From assembly GCA_043228905.1 (NCBI GenBank), contig JBHGNT010000006.1:6386001-6450000 (forward strand): a stretch of DNA of 64,000 nucleotides, written 5' to 3'. Both the position numbers and the translations under genes were made by a program. Below are positions 1 to 12,419 of the stretch, in pieces (position 1 is the stretch's first letter; each line of letters begins with the position of its first letter). The notes beneath the pieces were generated by a model. It saw only the letters and a program-made list of their open reading frames with translations, was not told the origin of the DNA and ran no database searches. This DNA is from Azolla caroliniana. Lineage: Eukaryota > Plantae > Polypodiophyta.

Positions 1-787
1 TCAACCATTTCTTGTGAGTTTTTTTTACCTCACCTTGAAAATTTCCCACAAGTAGTAATGCATTATTGGGAAAAAAACAAATCAAATAGAATTTCGAACA
101 TAGAATGGTGTTCATTAATTGATACTGGTTTCATACTAGTGAATTAACTTGTAATAAGGAGATAGCAAAGGAACCATTTTGGAAAGAAAAAAAAAACTTG
201 TAATAAGGAGAATTTGTGTGTAAGTTTGCAATGCATTAATGGTTGGAGCTCCTAAAACATTACACAATGTGCTCAGTATTTCAATTCCACATGGCTGAAA
301 TTATATTTTCGTTGTTTCCCATTGTGAAAACTCTGAATGTCCAACTCTAGGCTTACAATCAATTTAATATCACCATCTTTTATAAGTACGAATCTGTAAA
401 TAGAGTTATGGGGCAACTATTCAGTAGCTCCAACTAAAATTTATGAAGGGTTTTCATGATAAAGAATGTGAAACCCACTAAACATCGAGGTCAATGCGGC
501 ATATATCTATGAAGTTAAGCAATTTGACACTAGGATCAATAATTGATTGGGGAGGGGAGTGTACCTAAATGATAAAGAAAGGCGATGCTTTCATGTTGTG
601 CTTCGGCATCTCATATCGTGGTTATCTTGCAAATAAAGTTAGGTATTTATTCCAGCCTTTTTGAAGAAGGTGGTGGGGAACCATGATTTGTGATGATAAT
701 CGAAAGAAACTCAAAAGTTCCCATCGCAATATGATTTGTTGACAAGTCTCAAGTTGCAACATATCACGATGGCAAGCAAGGGCCGAG

Positions 788-864
788 ACATATGTATGTA
801 CACATATATACATATGTATACGTATATATGTGTGTATACGTATACGTATACGTATACGTATATA
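788..864. repeat. 77-bp strictly alternating purine-pyrimidine tract containing (TACGTA)4
   Basis: Read directly; TACGTA tandem at 837-860 plus one copy at 819-824; ~260 bp upstream of ATG 1121. Confidence 0.85.
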
Positions 865-1120
865 GAGTAGAACAGCGTGTGGTAGTGGTTAGAAGTTAGC
901 ATGAAGACCACTTCATAGGCTAGCAGAGGCGGAAGAGACAGAACAGAGACTGTGTGTGCCCCCTGCAGTCTCTAAATAGTGACAGCAGGAACAGATAATA
1001 GCAGGGCAGAGGAAAACAGAGGAGGGGTGAAGGCTCCTGAGGATAGCTCCTCGATTTCATATTTTGTGCACAAGAGCTCTTCATCACCGCCATCACCATC
1101 GCCACCGCCATCGAAGCATT

Positions 1121-3934
1121 ATGCTCAACAAGCTCAGCGCCAAGATAGGTCGCCACAGAAGTCACGACCCCGATCAGGTTACAGAGCCGAGAGAAAGATT
1201 GATTTCCTCACATTCTATCTCAAATTCCTAAGCTGTTTCAGATTCTTCCATTTGTTTCTTTCTCTCGCGTGAATTTGGTTTAATCTGCAAAGAGAGAGAG
1301 AGAGAGAGAGAGAGGCACACACATTCACTCACAGAGATTGAGGTTTCTACACCGTCTCAGATTTGCCTTTCTTAGATATTGTTTTAATTTGCAGGATCCA
1401 TTAAGGGCTGGATTATCAGCATACTCTTTCGATCATCGCCGTTTCTCCTCAGAGAGTCCTAGATCTAATATAGCGGATGAATCAGTCCATGTGGATTCAT
1501 ACAGTGTCGGCCAAGCCTCATCCTCAGAGCATTGGGCTTCTTCATCTAGAGACTCGACATCCATCCCTGAAGAAGAAGAAGCCCTGCTTGACATTGGCAA
1601 CCCTGCCTTGCTCACTTATGAAGATGCAGAAGAACAGTTCTTAGATGAATTTGAGGACTATTTCGAGCACCTCCATGTAGATAATATTCGCAAGGAACAG
1701 TACCCAAAGCTTGACATGCAGAGGATAGCCTACTTAGACTATGCAAATTTCGCTCTTTTTTCCAAGTTTCAGGTAGGGTTGTGCGTTTTTATTGTTCATG
1801 TTATGTGAGGTCAGAGTTCAACTTTGTAGGCTTCTTAAGACTATGCAAAATCTGCTTTTTTATTTTTGCAATGTGTTGCTTATGGGAGCATGTGTGTGAT
1901 ATTTTCACAATGTTCTTTTATGAGAGAGTTCAACTCATAATATTTTATAGACCGGAATGTTGCGGAACATTAATCCAGTCAATCAAACAAGTGATTATTT
2001 TCCGGAACATGCCCATAAATCAACAAGATCTTGCCATATCAGTAGCTGGAATTTCCATCATTATAATTTTCATAACATTATCATCTTCCACAAGTCTTGG
2101 ACATTTTTTACATGATGATTCCCACGTTGCAGACTACGACCTAAATTTTAGGGATCAAGGTTTTAATCAGATATAAGCACATCACAGCTGGAAGTTTAAT
2201 GATCAGTCTTTTAATGACATGATCATCTTCTGGAATTAGTTTTGACATTTTCTCACAATAAATTCCACATCACTTTTTGGACATCATATTAGTCCAACCA
2301 CACTTAACTAGTATGCTCTACTCCTTCTGCAGAAGCTAACCATTTCGAATACTGTTAGGAAGCATGAGAGAAAGTGGGCTTTATACTCTAGTGAACTGTG
2401 GAACACACAAGTGATGCTTTATGACACCTATTTGATTACTTCAGGTAGAAGAGCATATGCGAGTACTTTTGGAAGAAGGACCAAACCTCGGCTCTGTCGC
2501 ACTCTCAAATGCTCCTTCTAGCCACCTCATGGCTTATGTCCTGGACACCCAGCATCGCCTCTTGCAAGTTCTGAATGCAGATGTTGACAAGTATTCTGTG
2601 ATATTTACAACTGGTTTTACTGCTGGTTATAGACTGTTTGGTGACATATACCCATTCCATAAGGGTAGTATTCTCTTAACATTGCTTGACAACCATGAAT
2701 CAATAAAGCATGTTATAACTTCGCTTGGTCTGCGTGGTGGGAGGTGCTATGTTGCTCCTGTGAAAGACTCTGATCTTGTAATTTCATCTAATGAGCTGAG
2801 AAGACTTCTTAAATGGAAGGAATCACGTGGTGATGAAGGTATTTTTGTTTACCCTGCACAATCCTGCTTATCAGGTATACGCCACTCTTTGAACTGGATT
2901 CAAGAGGCACAGACAAACAAATGGCAAGTCTTGCTTGATGTTTCTACGTACTTACCAACAGGTGTCTTGGATCTCTCTGTGTACAAGCCAGAGTTTGTGC
3001 TTGGTTCTTTGCATCACATGCTCGGTTATCCCTCAGGGATGGGCTTTTTACTTGTCAAGAAACAAGCCTTCACTATTGGAAAGGGTTTGCAGTCACTTAA
3101 ACTCTCAAAACCCATGAAAGATTTGGAGGAAGGAAATGATTGTCATGTTGTCAGCGAGGATGATAACATTAATCTTCTATCTTTTGCTGCACTTAGCTTC
3201 GGGTTGCTCCATCTTGAAAGCGTGGGCCTTGTACCCATACAGAAGAGAGTACTGAGTCTTGCCACTTGGCTGACACAGATGTTGAAATCGCTAAGACACA
3301 AGGATGAAGAAAAACATTTGTTACAGGTGAAATACACTCTGTCTGGATGCTTTGTCTCATCAAATTTGTATTTAGTTTCAAATTCTTGTGTTTGTTTCTT
3401 CTGGGAGGGTGGTAGAGATCAATGCAACTTAATATATATGGTACTTGTGTGTGTTCAATAACCTAATTACTTATTTGTTTGTGATGTGTTGTGTAAATTT
3501 CTATGAGAGGGTTGTGTCTTTGCGGATGGTTTAATAAATGACCTTATTTATCTAGAAATCTGATAATTCAGGTTTATGGCCTACATTCAGCCACTAACAG
3601 AGGAAATATAGTGTCTTTCAACGTGATTGACTCTACTGGGAACCTCTTTCCAGCAAGGCTAGTACAAAAATTGGCTGACAGGAGCAATATTATGGTTGGA
3701 GCTGGTTATTTTAGCAACCCTGGGTTAGTGACACTCTTGTATGAAGGGCCAAAGAAAACCCTAGATTCAAAAGTTTACAAGCGTGTATTGACCTTTTCTG
3801 TGGTAAGGGTCTCTCTTGGCCCCATGTCAACATTTGGGGATGTATATAGGCTCATACAGTTTCTCTTGCGATTTCGGGATGAAGAATATGTTTCAACTGA
3901 AGCAGTAGAATTTATAGAAGAAAATTTATTCTAG
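1121..3934 (+). CDS. NifS/molybdenum-cofactor-sulfurase-like PLP fold-type-I (aminotransferase class V) protein without MOSC domain; probable pseudoenzyme; ~559 aa, 4 exons
   Basis: Exons 1121-1177 (ATG..MLNKLSAKIGRHRSHDPDQ), 1395-1772, 2445-3326, 3572-3934; all introns GT..AG, phase 0; 1680 nt in total. Motifs: EQYPKL..AYLDYA, YSVIFTTGFTAG, DNHES, FVYPAQSCLSG, WQVLLDVS, PEFVLGSLHHMLGYPSGMGFLLV, GYFSNPG, VVRVSLG. Exon 1 is the least certain. Confidence 0.88.
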
Positions 3935-4870
3935 TGTTTATCCTTTATCTAAAGGTTTTTAATCCCTGGAAGTGTGAAGATCTTGTTTTTTCACTAAGAG
4001 TCTAAAGATCAGGGTCTCGGGTTGTGTGGATCCCGGCATCACGTTTTCATTCTCTGTGCAAGTGAGCTAAGATAATGAAAGCATTCTCAGCGTCATATTC
4101 CAAGTCGACCTTTCTGAAATGGGACGGAACATCAATCAACTCATTCTTAAAAAAGTTCTGTGGCATGAGCATGCAAACAATCCTCAACCCTTGGCAACTA
4201 GTAAAAACGACTGAGGAGCTCAAATGGCGATTTTCTTCGCATGCTTACACCTGTTATGTGCAGGCATGACGTCAAATTGAAGTTTGTAGTGTTTGTACCA
4301 CTTTCTGATGTTAATGCGATGACTGCAAGTAACACACAAAACCACCGAGCTGCAACAATATGGTTGAAGTCATGTTATGCAGATTGAAACAAAAATAAAA
4401 GCTCCACGTTTCCTAAAGCTTCATGGTCATAATCTTAATGCATGTGATGAATGATTTTGGAGATGGTTAACAAACATGAAGTTCGCAATGAATATGTATG
4501 GTTTGAGTAGTGGTGATTGGACATTGTGTTTGAGGTTGGTTGGTATGGTGGAATGAAGTTCAACTAGTTTGTTTTGTGTTCTCGTGTGGATTGGACATGG
4601 TGAGTCATCCATGATCTGGTGATGGTATGGCTTATGTGCCTCATGGCTTACTTTGTTGGCGGCAGTTGTCTACTCTCTCTATGGTGACTCATTGATATGT
4701 CAGTGGAGGTGTAGAGCCATGGAGTAAATCAGTCACTAGCAATTGCCGTTACATCCTGCGTGCTAATATAACAGTTTATTCTCTATGCTTTCAAAGCTTG
4801 AGCTGCCATAGGTCAAATCATCTTCATCATTGGTGGAATGATGAACTCCAATGTAGTGTTGGCATACTTC

Positions 4871-5026
4871 GGAATCTTTTGGCTCTAGGTATATGAAGCG
4901 CTTATCTTGTTTCAATCTTCATTTGGTAGCAGGTAACATGGAGTTGCCGGAATCTTTTGGCTCTAGGTATATGAAGCGCTTATCTTGCTTCAATCTTCAT
5001 TTGGTAGCAGGTAACATGGAGTTGCC
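4871..5026. repeat. 78-bp tandem duplication (2 copies)
   Basis: GGAATCTTTTGGCTCTAGG...GGAGTTGCC at 4871-4948 and 4949-5026, one mismatch. Confidence 0.9.
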
Positions 5027-7439
5027 CTGTTGATTTGTGTGCACGATGTCGAATATAGGAGGTTCATATACCTTGGTCTGTATAAATACATCCTGTAACT
5101 CTTAAAAGTTTATTAAATGGAATTTTGTAGTGATCCATCTTTGGGATTAGACTCCCTTGGTTTGGTCCAAGTATTCTGGGTATAAAATGGATCTTCCTCC
5201 AATACCTTGTTTCATTTGCCACTTTGGAGAGGTGTACTAGGTCGAAGAAAAGGTGGCAATTTCTTGATATCCATGATGTTAAGGCCATTGGCCACTGTTA
5301 TTGAACCAGTTCATCATTTGCAAATATAATGATATGCTTTTGGGGGTTATGTTGTCAACCATTTGCTTCAATGCTTCCAAACGTCTTACATGTAATTCAT
5401 TCAGGTGGCATGGTCTGAATATGGTTGATGTGGTTTGCCATATGAAATAATGCATCTACCATCAAAGGGGGGTGCTGCTGATTTACCACATAAGATTTCA
5501 TGTGGAGTGTATACTTTGCTATGCATCATCGGAGATAACAGACATGACTAGTGGATGCCCTATTTGTGTCGACATGTACATGGGGAGGTCTTGGCCTATA
5601 TAATTACATTGTGCATGAGAGGAAGCGTGACCATATTGTTGAATTAGCCATACTTTGGTAGCGGGATTCTAGATGTATTTGATGTGAGCAGATTAATGTA
5701 GACAAAGATAATCTCTAGGGGTGATAGTAGACATATAATGACCATAATATGTGAAGGAACCTTATATGAGTTCATGGAATTGGTCCAAGAGGGACATATA
5801 AGAATCAACATTGTAACATTATGAAACCAACAATCCAATCATTAATATAGAATCCAATCCTTTGCGTACCCCATTGGGGAGGAAAGAAATCGTCATGGCT
5901 CTGCGCCTCTCTATACAGCTTGAACATGCAGATATGGTCTTGTCTTGCCAGAGATTGAGAATTACCAACTCTCTAGTATTGTGGCTAACCTTATGTCTTG
6001 TTATTATAAAAAATGGGTAAAGGTTCTTTGGTAGTCAGGTGGACAAAAGACATCTACAATTTAGTATGGTCAAAACACATACTAGCCCATATATGTGAGA
6101 AGACACTCTCCTCTCCTTTCTCTACTCTTAACTGCCCATTATTAGCCTTATATGCTCTCTTTTTATCTCATAAGTGTCCCTACACGTTTCACCATACATA
6201 CAACATAATGTTACTGGAATTTATACATGGTTTTCACTATAGTTGATTTCAGGAAGGTCAATTGTCAACCATAATAGTGATACATATTGAACTTATCTTT
6301 AGTTTTTGCTACTATATATTATTAACCTTCTCTCACTAGTCCTCATCTATCTCACTTCCGCCTGGACATAGATGCTTCAATTCATGTTTATCCGATGAAA
6401 GTGAAGCTTAACATTATCTTGGAGAGGGCTTATTAAGGTGGTGGTTCAAACATTAGCCTAGTAATGACTCATGAAAACAGGATGTATCCTCAGCCTAACG
6501 AGGGCTTACAGAGGTCCAGACATGAAAGAGGCTCAGGAGAACAAGGTTGATGAAAGAGAGGTGAGACATGAGCCATGAGTGAGATGAGAGTCTGAGATAC
6601 AAGAGATGAAGAGGAGAGTCAAGAAACGAGGATGAGCATGTCAAGAGATTCTGAGTTGGAGTTGAGAGGATGGATTAACATGACCGAGACTGATGGATTA
6701 ATACATCATTTACATAATGAGACCATGATATGCTTCCCCCATAGCTAGCATTGATTTCTCTAAGATCAACTGAGAGGAAAGATCCCTTTCATGCATAATC
6801 TATTTATTGATGGATCATACAAATAAACTATTTATAATTGTAGAAATTTGAAAAACAAAACAGCAATTTGTATATATTAAGACACATTTGAAAAGACATT
6901 ACTTCTCTTCCAAGAAATAACAATGTCATTGGCAATGACTAGTTGCACTATTGTACACAATTTTGAATTAATTGATCATGCTAATTTTTGACACAAAATC
7001 TGTTTTATATTCAGTCCAAAATATCATGAATTTATCTATGTATATATATATATAATGGAGAGATAAACCATCTCTATATACAAGTGTAGATCATGTGCAT
7101 GGATTGCATTCTGTCTTTTAACTCAAACGTTCATTATGTTAGAACATAACAGAATGTTGTGGTATTCTAATGATGTATTACAAGAAATACATTTGAGGTA
7201 GGAGGTTCAAAACTTTGATATATTATTTCTATAAATATCTTAATCTTGTGCTTGATCATCAACGTATCACCTAATAAAGAGCCCTACACATGTTTAGTCT
7301 GTACACGGTAGCCTAATATGGCCTCATACTTTTGCATTTTAACATGGCAAGACTCAACACTCTTACTTCATACTTCATAATACACTAGAATCTTTCAAAT
7401 TTCACACCCATGCAACCTCCTTGCAATCGACCCCTTGAT

Positions 7440-7920
7440 GGGAGGTCTTTGTGATTGATTTTGGATCCCCAACTAATGCAAAATATCCCTAGGCATTCCC
7501 AAAATCTTCCAAGTCATTTGTTATTGTTGTTCAAGAGACCATTTGTGTCATCAACCCCAAGTGTTGATGGTAAAGTTTGGCAAAGTTTAGTGTTGATTCT
7601 ATCTTGAATTAGTGAATTGAGTCCATTTGCAACAATTCCAAGCAACAGAGGGGTAAAAGAGTAACCTTGCCAAATGGACATGTGAGAGAAAAGGGCTTGC
7701 ATATAGAGCCATCATGTATGTATGTTGAGAACGACAATCCATGTTGGTTTTGGAAGCATATTCTTGAACCTATTGATCACTATAATGGCATCTAACATGT
7801 ACCATAACTTTATGAAATCATTTTGTGACCTTATTATCCAATCTTTCATGTGGAGATCTTCTTAGACGGGCTATTTAATGACCTTGTCCCATGCATACCT
7901 GGGATCTAGCTAGACCCTCC
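7440..7920 (-). mobile_element. Highly decayed LINE (non-LTR) reverse-transcriptase fragment
   Basis: Minus-strand translation gives LDPRYAWDKV (cf. LDFEKAYDRV), SIWQGYSFTPLLLGIVANGL (cf. GVRQGCPLSPLLF) and GVDDT (cf. FADDT) in the expected order; frameshifted. Confidence 0.6.
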
Positions 7921-8334
7921 CACTTAAATGCCCTCGAGTATGAACATAGAGTTGGCCAGCTAATCCATAACAATGACAACCTGGCCCATTACCCCATCGA
8001 TGCATGGGGTAAGGAATACATATGTGGACCCTCCCACGACAATGCTCTTGAGCATTGACAGTGTGGGGCAGCCCAAATTATGCTGATGGGCGGTGCCCGT
8101 GGCCAATGCATGGGTCATGGGTTAGGGGCCATAAGTGATGAATGCTTGCTTCCTAAAGTAAGTAGAGTGTAAGATAGTAGTGATGGGTGGGGGGTGCATG
8201 GCCAACTAGAGTGCATGGGCATGGACGTCCATAAAAAAAAAGTGAGAGCTGCCTAATTTTGGGCACACATGGACGCTAATAGAGATAGATAGCTAGATAG
8301 ACACAGAGTACAGATTGCGCTCTCATACATATAT

Positions 8335-8343
8335 GTATATAAA
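8335..8343 (+). promoter_or_regulatory. Putative TATA box of the proline-rich gene
   Basis: TATATAAAGG about 80 bp upstream of ATG 8422. Confidence 0.45.
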
Positions 8344-8421
8344 GGACACCCAACTGCTCATTCATTCGTAAAACAAGAATCATCCGTCCGTCCATCAATC
8401 CATCCAGAAAGGAGGCGGGCG

Positions 8422-9495
8422 ATGATGGCCATGTTGTTGCATCTCCGGCTGGTTGCGTCGTCGTCCATGCTTCTCTTAGGCTTCCTCCTCCTCCTCCTCC
8501 TCCTGCTGGGCGGCGGCGGCGGCGGCGGACTCTTTGTGGAGGCTGGGCGGCGGCGTTCGCTCACGTGGTTTGCTGCTGGTGGAGCGCCGCCGGCTTTTTC
8601 AGCCCCCCCCACCATATGGACTCCTCCTCGTCCTCCTTCAATGCCAACGCCAACGCCAATCACCTATGGCGGCATTCCACCACCGCCACCGCCGGCCTTC
8701 GTAGCCCCTGCTCCTCCCCTTCCTCCCACTTTCGTAGCTCCCCCAACACGTCCACCCACGTACCCTCAGCCTCCTCCTCCTCCTCCTCCTCCTCCTCCTA
8801 GCCAGCCTACAGCGCCACCACCTACCTTCGTTGCTCCACCACCACCTCCTCCTCCTCCTCCTCCTCCTCCTAGCCAGCCTACAGCGCCACCACCTCCTCC
8901 TCCTACCTTCGTTGCTCCACCACCACCTCCTCCTCCTCCTCCTCCTCCTACCTTCGTTGCTCCACCACCGCCTCCTCCTCCTCCTCCTCCTACCTTCGTT
9001 GCTCCACCACCTCCTCCTATCTTCGTCGCCCCCCCCACACCACCCACAACATACGGTGGGCTTCCAACAACACCGCCACCCGCCACCTCTACCCCACCGC
9101 CCACCTTTGTAGCTCCTCCACCTCCACCACCACCCACCTTTGTAGCTCCTCCTCCTCCACCACCACCACCACCCACCTTTGTAGCTCCTCCTCCTCCTCC
9201 TCCTCCACCGCCACCCCCAACCTTTGTAGCTCCTCCTACTTTTGTGGCCCCACCGGCCCCACCCACATACAACACCGTGCCCACCAGCCCAGCTTCTCCA
9301 CCGCCACCGCCACCGCCACCGGCTTTCGTATCTCCACCGACTTTCGCAGCTCCCTCTCCACCTACCTCATCGACAACCCCTCCTCCTCCTCCTCCTCCTC
9401 CTCCTACTTTCGTAGCTCCTCCAGCAGGCAATGCTGGACCGCCCCCCACATATGGCGGCGGTAATCCTCCAACTCCCACTTGGAGAGCAACCTAG
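8422..9495 (+). CDS. Secreted proline-rich / extensin-like (HRGP) cell-wall protein, intronless, 357 aa
   Basis: ATG, hydrophobic Leu-rich signal peptide ending ..VEA-GRRRSL, then 13 FVAP units separated by poly-Pro runs and three TYGG motifs; GC-rich compared with its flanks. Confidence 0.85.
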   Translation: MMAMLLHLRLVASSSMLLLGFLLLLLLLLGGGGGGGLFVEAGRRRSLTWFAAGGAPPAFSAPPTIWTPPRPPSMPTPTPITYGGIPPPPPPAFVAPAPPLPPTFVAPPTRPPTYPQPPPPPPPPPPSQPTAPPPTFVAPPPPPPPPPPPPSQPTAPPPPPPTFVAPPPPPPPPPPPTFVAPPPPPPPPPPTFVAPPPPPIFVAPPTPPTTYGGLPTTPPPATSTPPPTFVAPPPPPPPTFVAPPPPPPPPPTFVAPPPPPPPPPPPTFVAPPTFVAPPAPPTYNTVPTSPASPPPPPPPPAFVSPPTFAAPSPPTSSTTPPPPPPPPPTFVAPPAGNAGPPPTYGGGNPPTPTWRAT

Positions 9496-11713
9496 TGATT
9501 TTGCGTTGCGACCATCTCCCCGCGACTGACAGGCGGGCGGGCGGGTGGGAGAAGATTCTCTCTTTCTGTTTTTTTAAGGATGGGTACACCAATCCCCGTA
9601 GTTGGGTTTTCCTCCACATAAAACCAACAAATCTACTATAGTTCACTTCAGTTTGATCATTATCTAGATGCTGCTCTTTTGGGGTCATTTAACTTTTTGT
9701 AGTGCATAAACCTCACTCCTCCCTACCCTACTCAGCCCCAATCCATAAATTTTGTTTTGTTTTTTCTGTGGATTCTCACATCATTTACCACAACTATCTA
9801 TCTATGTCAAACCCAGATTCTTGAATAAAACTTGTGATTTTTCCCTTTCAATAATGGTTACTGAAGCAAATGTTGTGTCACACATTGCAAGCACTAAATT
9901 CCATGACTCATGCGATTGCACGCTCACAGAACCATGGATCCATTGATCTCATAATATTACAGAGTGTAATTATGCGATGTGATACCTGACCATGGAACCC
10001 ATCGTTATGGCTCATGGAGGTTTATGGAGAAATTTATGGCAAAATCTAGCAATACCTTCCTTCCAAAGAGGCAAGAGGCAAGCTCTCCCAACATATGCAT
10101 CTACCAGTTTCCAAAATGGGAAGTGGTAGAGGTAGTGCATAAATAATTATTATAGAGGTTTTTAGGAATTAGGATTCGAATTATTATAGACAGATTTTAG
10201 ATGTACTTGGTGTATGGATTCAATTTAATAGGATAAATTTTTCCAATGATGCTCGAGTGGTTGCTTAATGTTGTCTTCAGGACGAGACACAATTAATTGT
10301 CTTTAGGTTCCATGCTATAATTCTATTATTTACGAAAAAAGAGATTTGTTGAATTTGATTGTCACAGTATAACGTGTATAACGTTGTAAGAATGGTGGCC
10401 AATACTTTGTGATTGTGATAAGGAAACTATAACATGGCGCCTAGATTGAAGATTAGAAAAAAATAACCTTGGATTCTCGTGTACATGTAGTAATGTAAGA
10501 TAGGGAGTTCGATGATGAGCTTGGTATGAAGTTTAGATGCATTATCTCAAAAACATATAGTACTAAGTTCATTCGTTTATTGGGAATAACCATTATTATT
10601 AAGTAGAGAAGGATGGTGCCAATGATACCAAACTCGAGGTGATTGACAATCTAGATTAGTTACCCACATTAGATTGGCAACGTAGAGTAGTTGTCAATAT
10701 ACATGTTTTGGAAATTGATTAGCATGCTCGAAACAAGATTGTTGGATGCGTGCCTCTTTGTCATATCAGCCATTTAGACATGTCCCATGAGTTCACGAAA
10801 CGATATAATCTTTGTGCAACAAGTCTAGTTTTGAATCATATATGCTTATCTAGTAAGTATCTTTTAATTCGAAATACCCCACTTACATGTGAAGAGCTTT
10901 TAATCTTCATTTCTTGTCTTTGATCCATGTCTCGTTCTTTTGGACAATATTCATTCCTTTCGTCAAAGCTTCGTTCCACTTTTATTGCATCCTAGCCATT
11001 TACAACATCGTAGACAATATAAAGAGGTTCATCACAATTTACCATATCTTCTTGTGTAATTTTAAGATGATTAAGTAAGGTCATGATTGATGAAATAGAC
11101 TTTCAGAGTTAGCTGTGAATGTTATTGAGAGTGAGGCCTTTGGATGGGGTAAAGGAGAGGTGAGATAGTTATTGTGTGAGGGGAAAGATGAAGATGGAGT
11201 AAAATAGTGATTTTTTAATGTAAATTTTAGTTGCAAGAATGTGCAAGATGGGAAAAACTAACTCATGGCTATGTTATCGTGTAAATGTATGTCCATGTGC
11301 TATTCAAGCACAACTACAAGGGGCTTGAACTAGGGAAGATGTGATGCTGATGAAAAGTTGCTTGCAATGGTCTTCTTTGACAAACTTTCCATTTTCGACT
11401 CAGGATTCGTTTTTCGTAGATTTGGCCCTCCTTGGATTTGGGTTATACATTCCCTTCATAGATTGAAAATGCAATTGTGGATTGAAGGGGCATTTGTCTC
11501 TCATGGATTGAATGAAATTCCTTTTGTGGTGTCCCTTTTGAAGGAGTTTGAGTGTTCGCTCTTGAAGAGGCCACAAATCAAACTCTTTCTCTTGATCATT
11601 TCATACAGCGACACGATGAGAACAATAAGGTTAAAGACTAACAATCTTTACAACAACGAAGAACGAAATGCTTAACCTTGGGTTACAATAAAGAACCCCT
11701 TTTACATAGGGTA

Positions 11714-12300
11714 TGTGAGAGATGATGGATTTACAATCAGAAATAAACAACAGATTATTCTAAGACACAAACACAAGTCAAGATACACACGATTTACGTG
11801 GAAAATCCCAAATCAAGGAAAAAACCACGGGCACTCTTGCCAACAAACTTTCACTATGAATGAAGAGTACATAACAAAACATATTACAGAGCTTTCAACT
11901 TTCTAGAAGAAAGGCTCTAGTCTCAGAGAGTATCACAGCAGTATGAATCTCACAACAATATATGGAATGACTAAACATGTTCAGTTGTAGATGCAACAGA
12001 TTCGTGTTTGGAACCACTTCTAGGGTTTGGGCAAGTTCCACAAAACTATGCCTACCCTTGTTGTCTTCACGTCTTCTCTCTATCTTGCTCACACGATCTA
12101 ACTCATCACTTCTCTTCTCTGTTCCATCCCTTGTACTCTCATGCTACATCAGTCTCTTCCCTTCTCTATTGCACTCACCCTACTCTCTCTTTCTGTTCTA
12201 TTCTTTTCTCGCGCTCACGCTACTCGCAACTCTCTCTCTCACTATTATTCTTTGTTTCTCACTCAGGCATAAAGGTAATCCTTACATGCCTAAAACCTAA

Positions 12301-12336
<36 letters not shown>

Positions 12337-12419
12337 GCCGACTCCCATTCGGCCTCTCAGCCGATTCATAGCTTTTCAGTTGTCTTCCCCATCAGAAAGG
12401 ACAACAAGCTTATATAACA
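11714..12419 (-). repeat. 3' LTR of the copia element (706 bp) with adjacent polypurine tract
   Basis: Bounded by TGT (11714) and ACA (12417-12419). On the minus strand it is directly preceded by the PPT GGAGTGAAGGGGGAGT (12421-12436). Confidence 0.75.

Noticed and set aside
979-1272. 97-aa ORF as first exon of the sulfurase-like gene
   Set aside because: Starts at GTG. ATG 1121 in another frame splices in phase to exon 2, so this is more likely 5' UTR plus intron.
5050-5500. Possible gypsy integrase C-terminal remnant (FIPRILGP on the minus strand)
   Set aside because: A single weak motif is not enough to support a call.
8766-9479. 237-aa Gly-rich ORF on the minus strand (and Leu/His- or Ser-rich ORFs in other frames)
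   Set aside because: Shadow frames of the CCN-rich proline gene; non-ATG start and no signal peptide.
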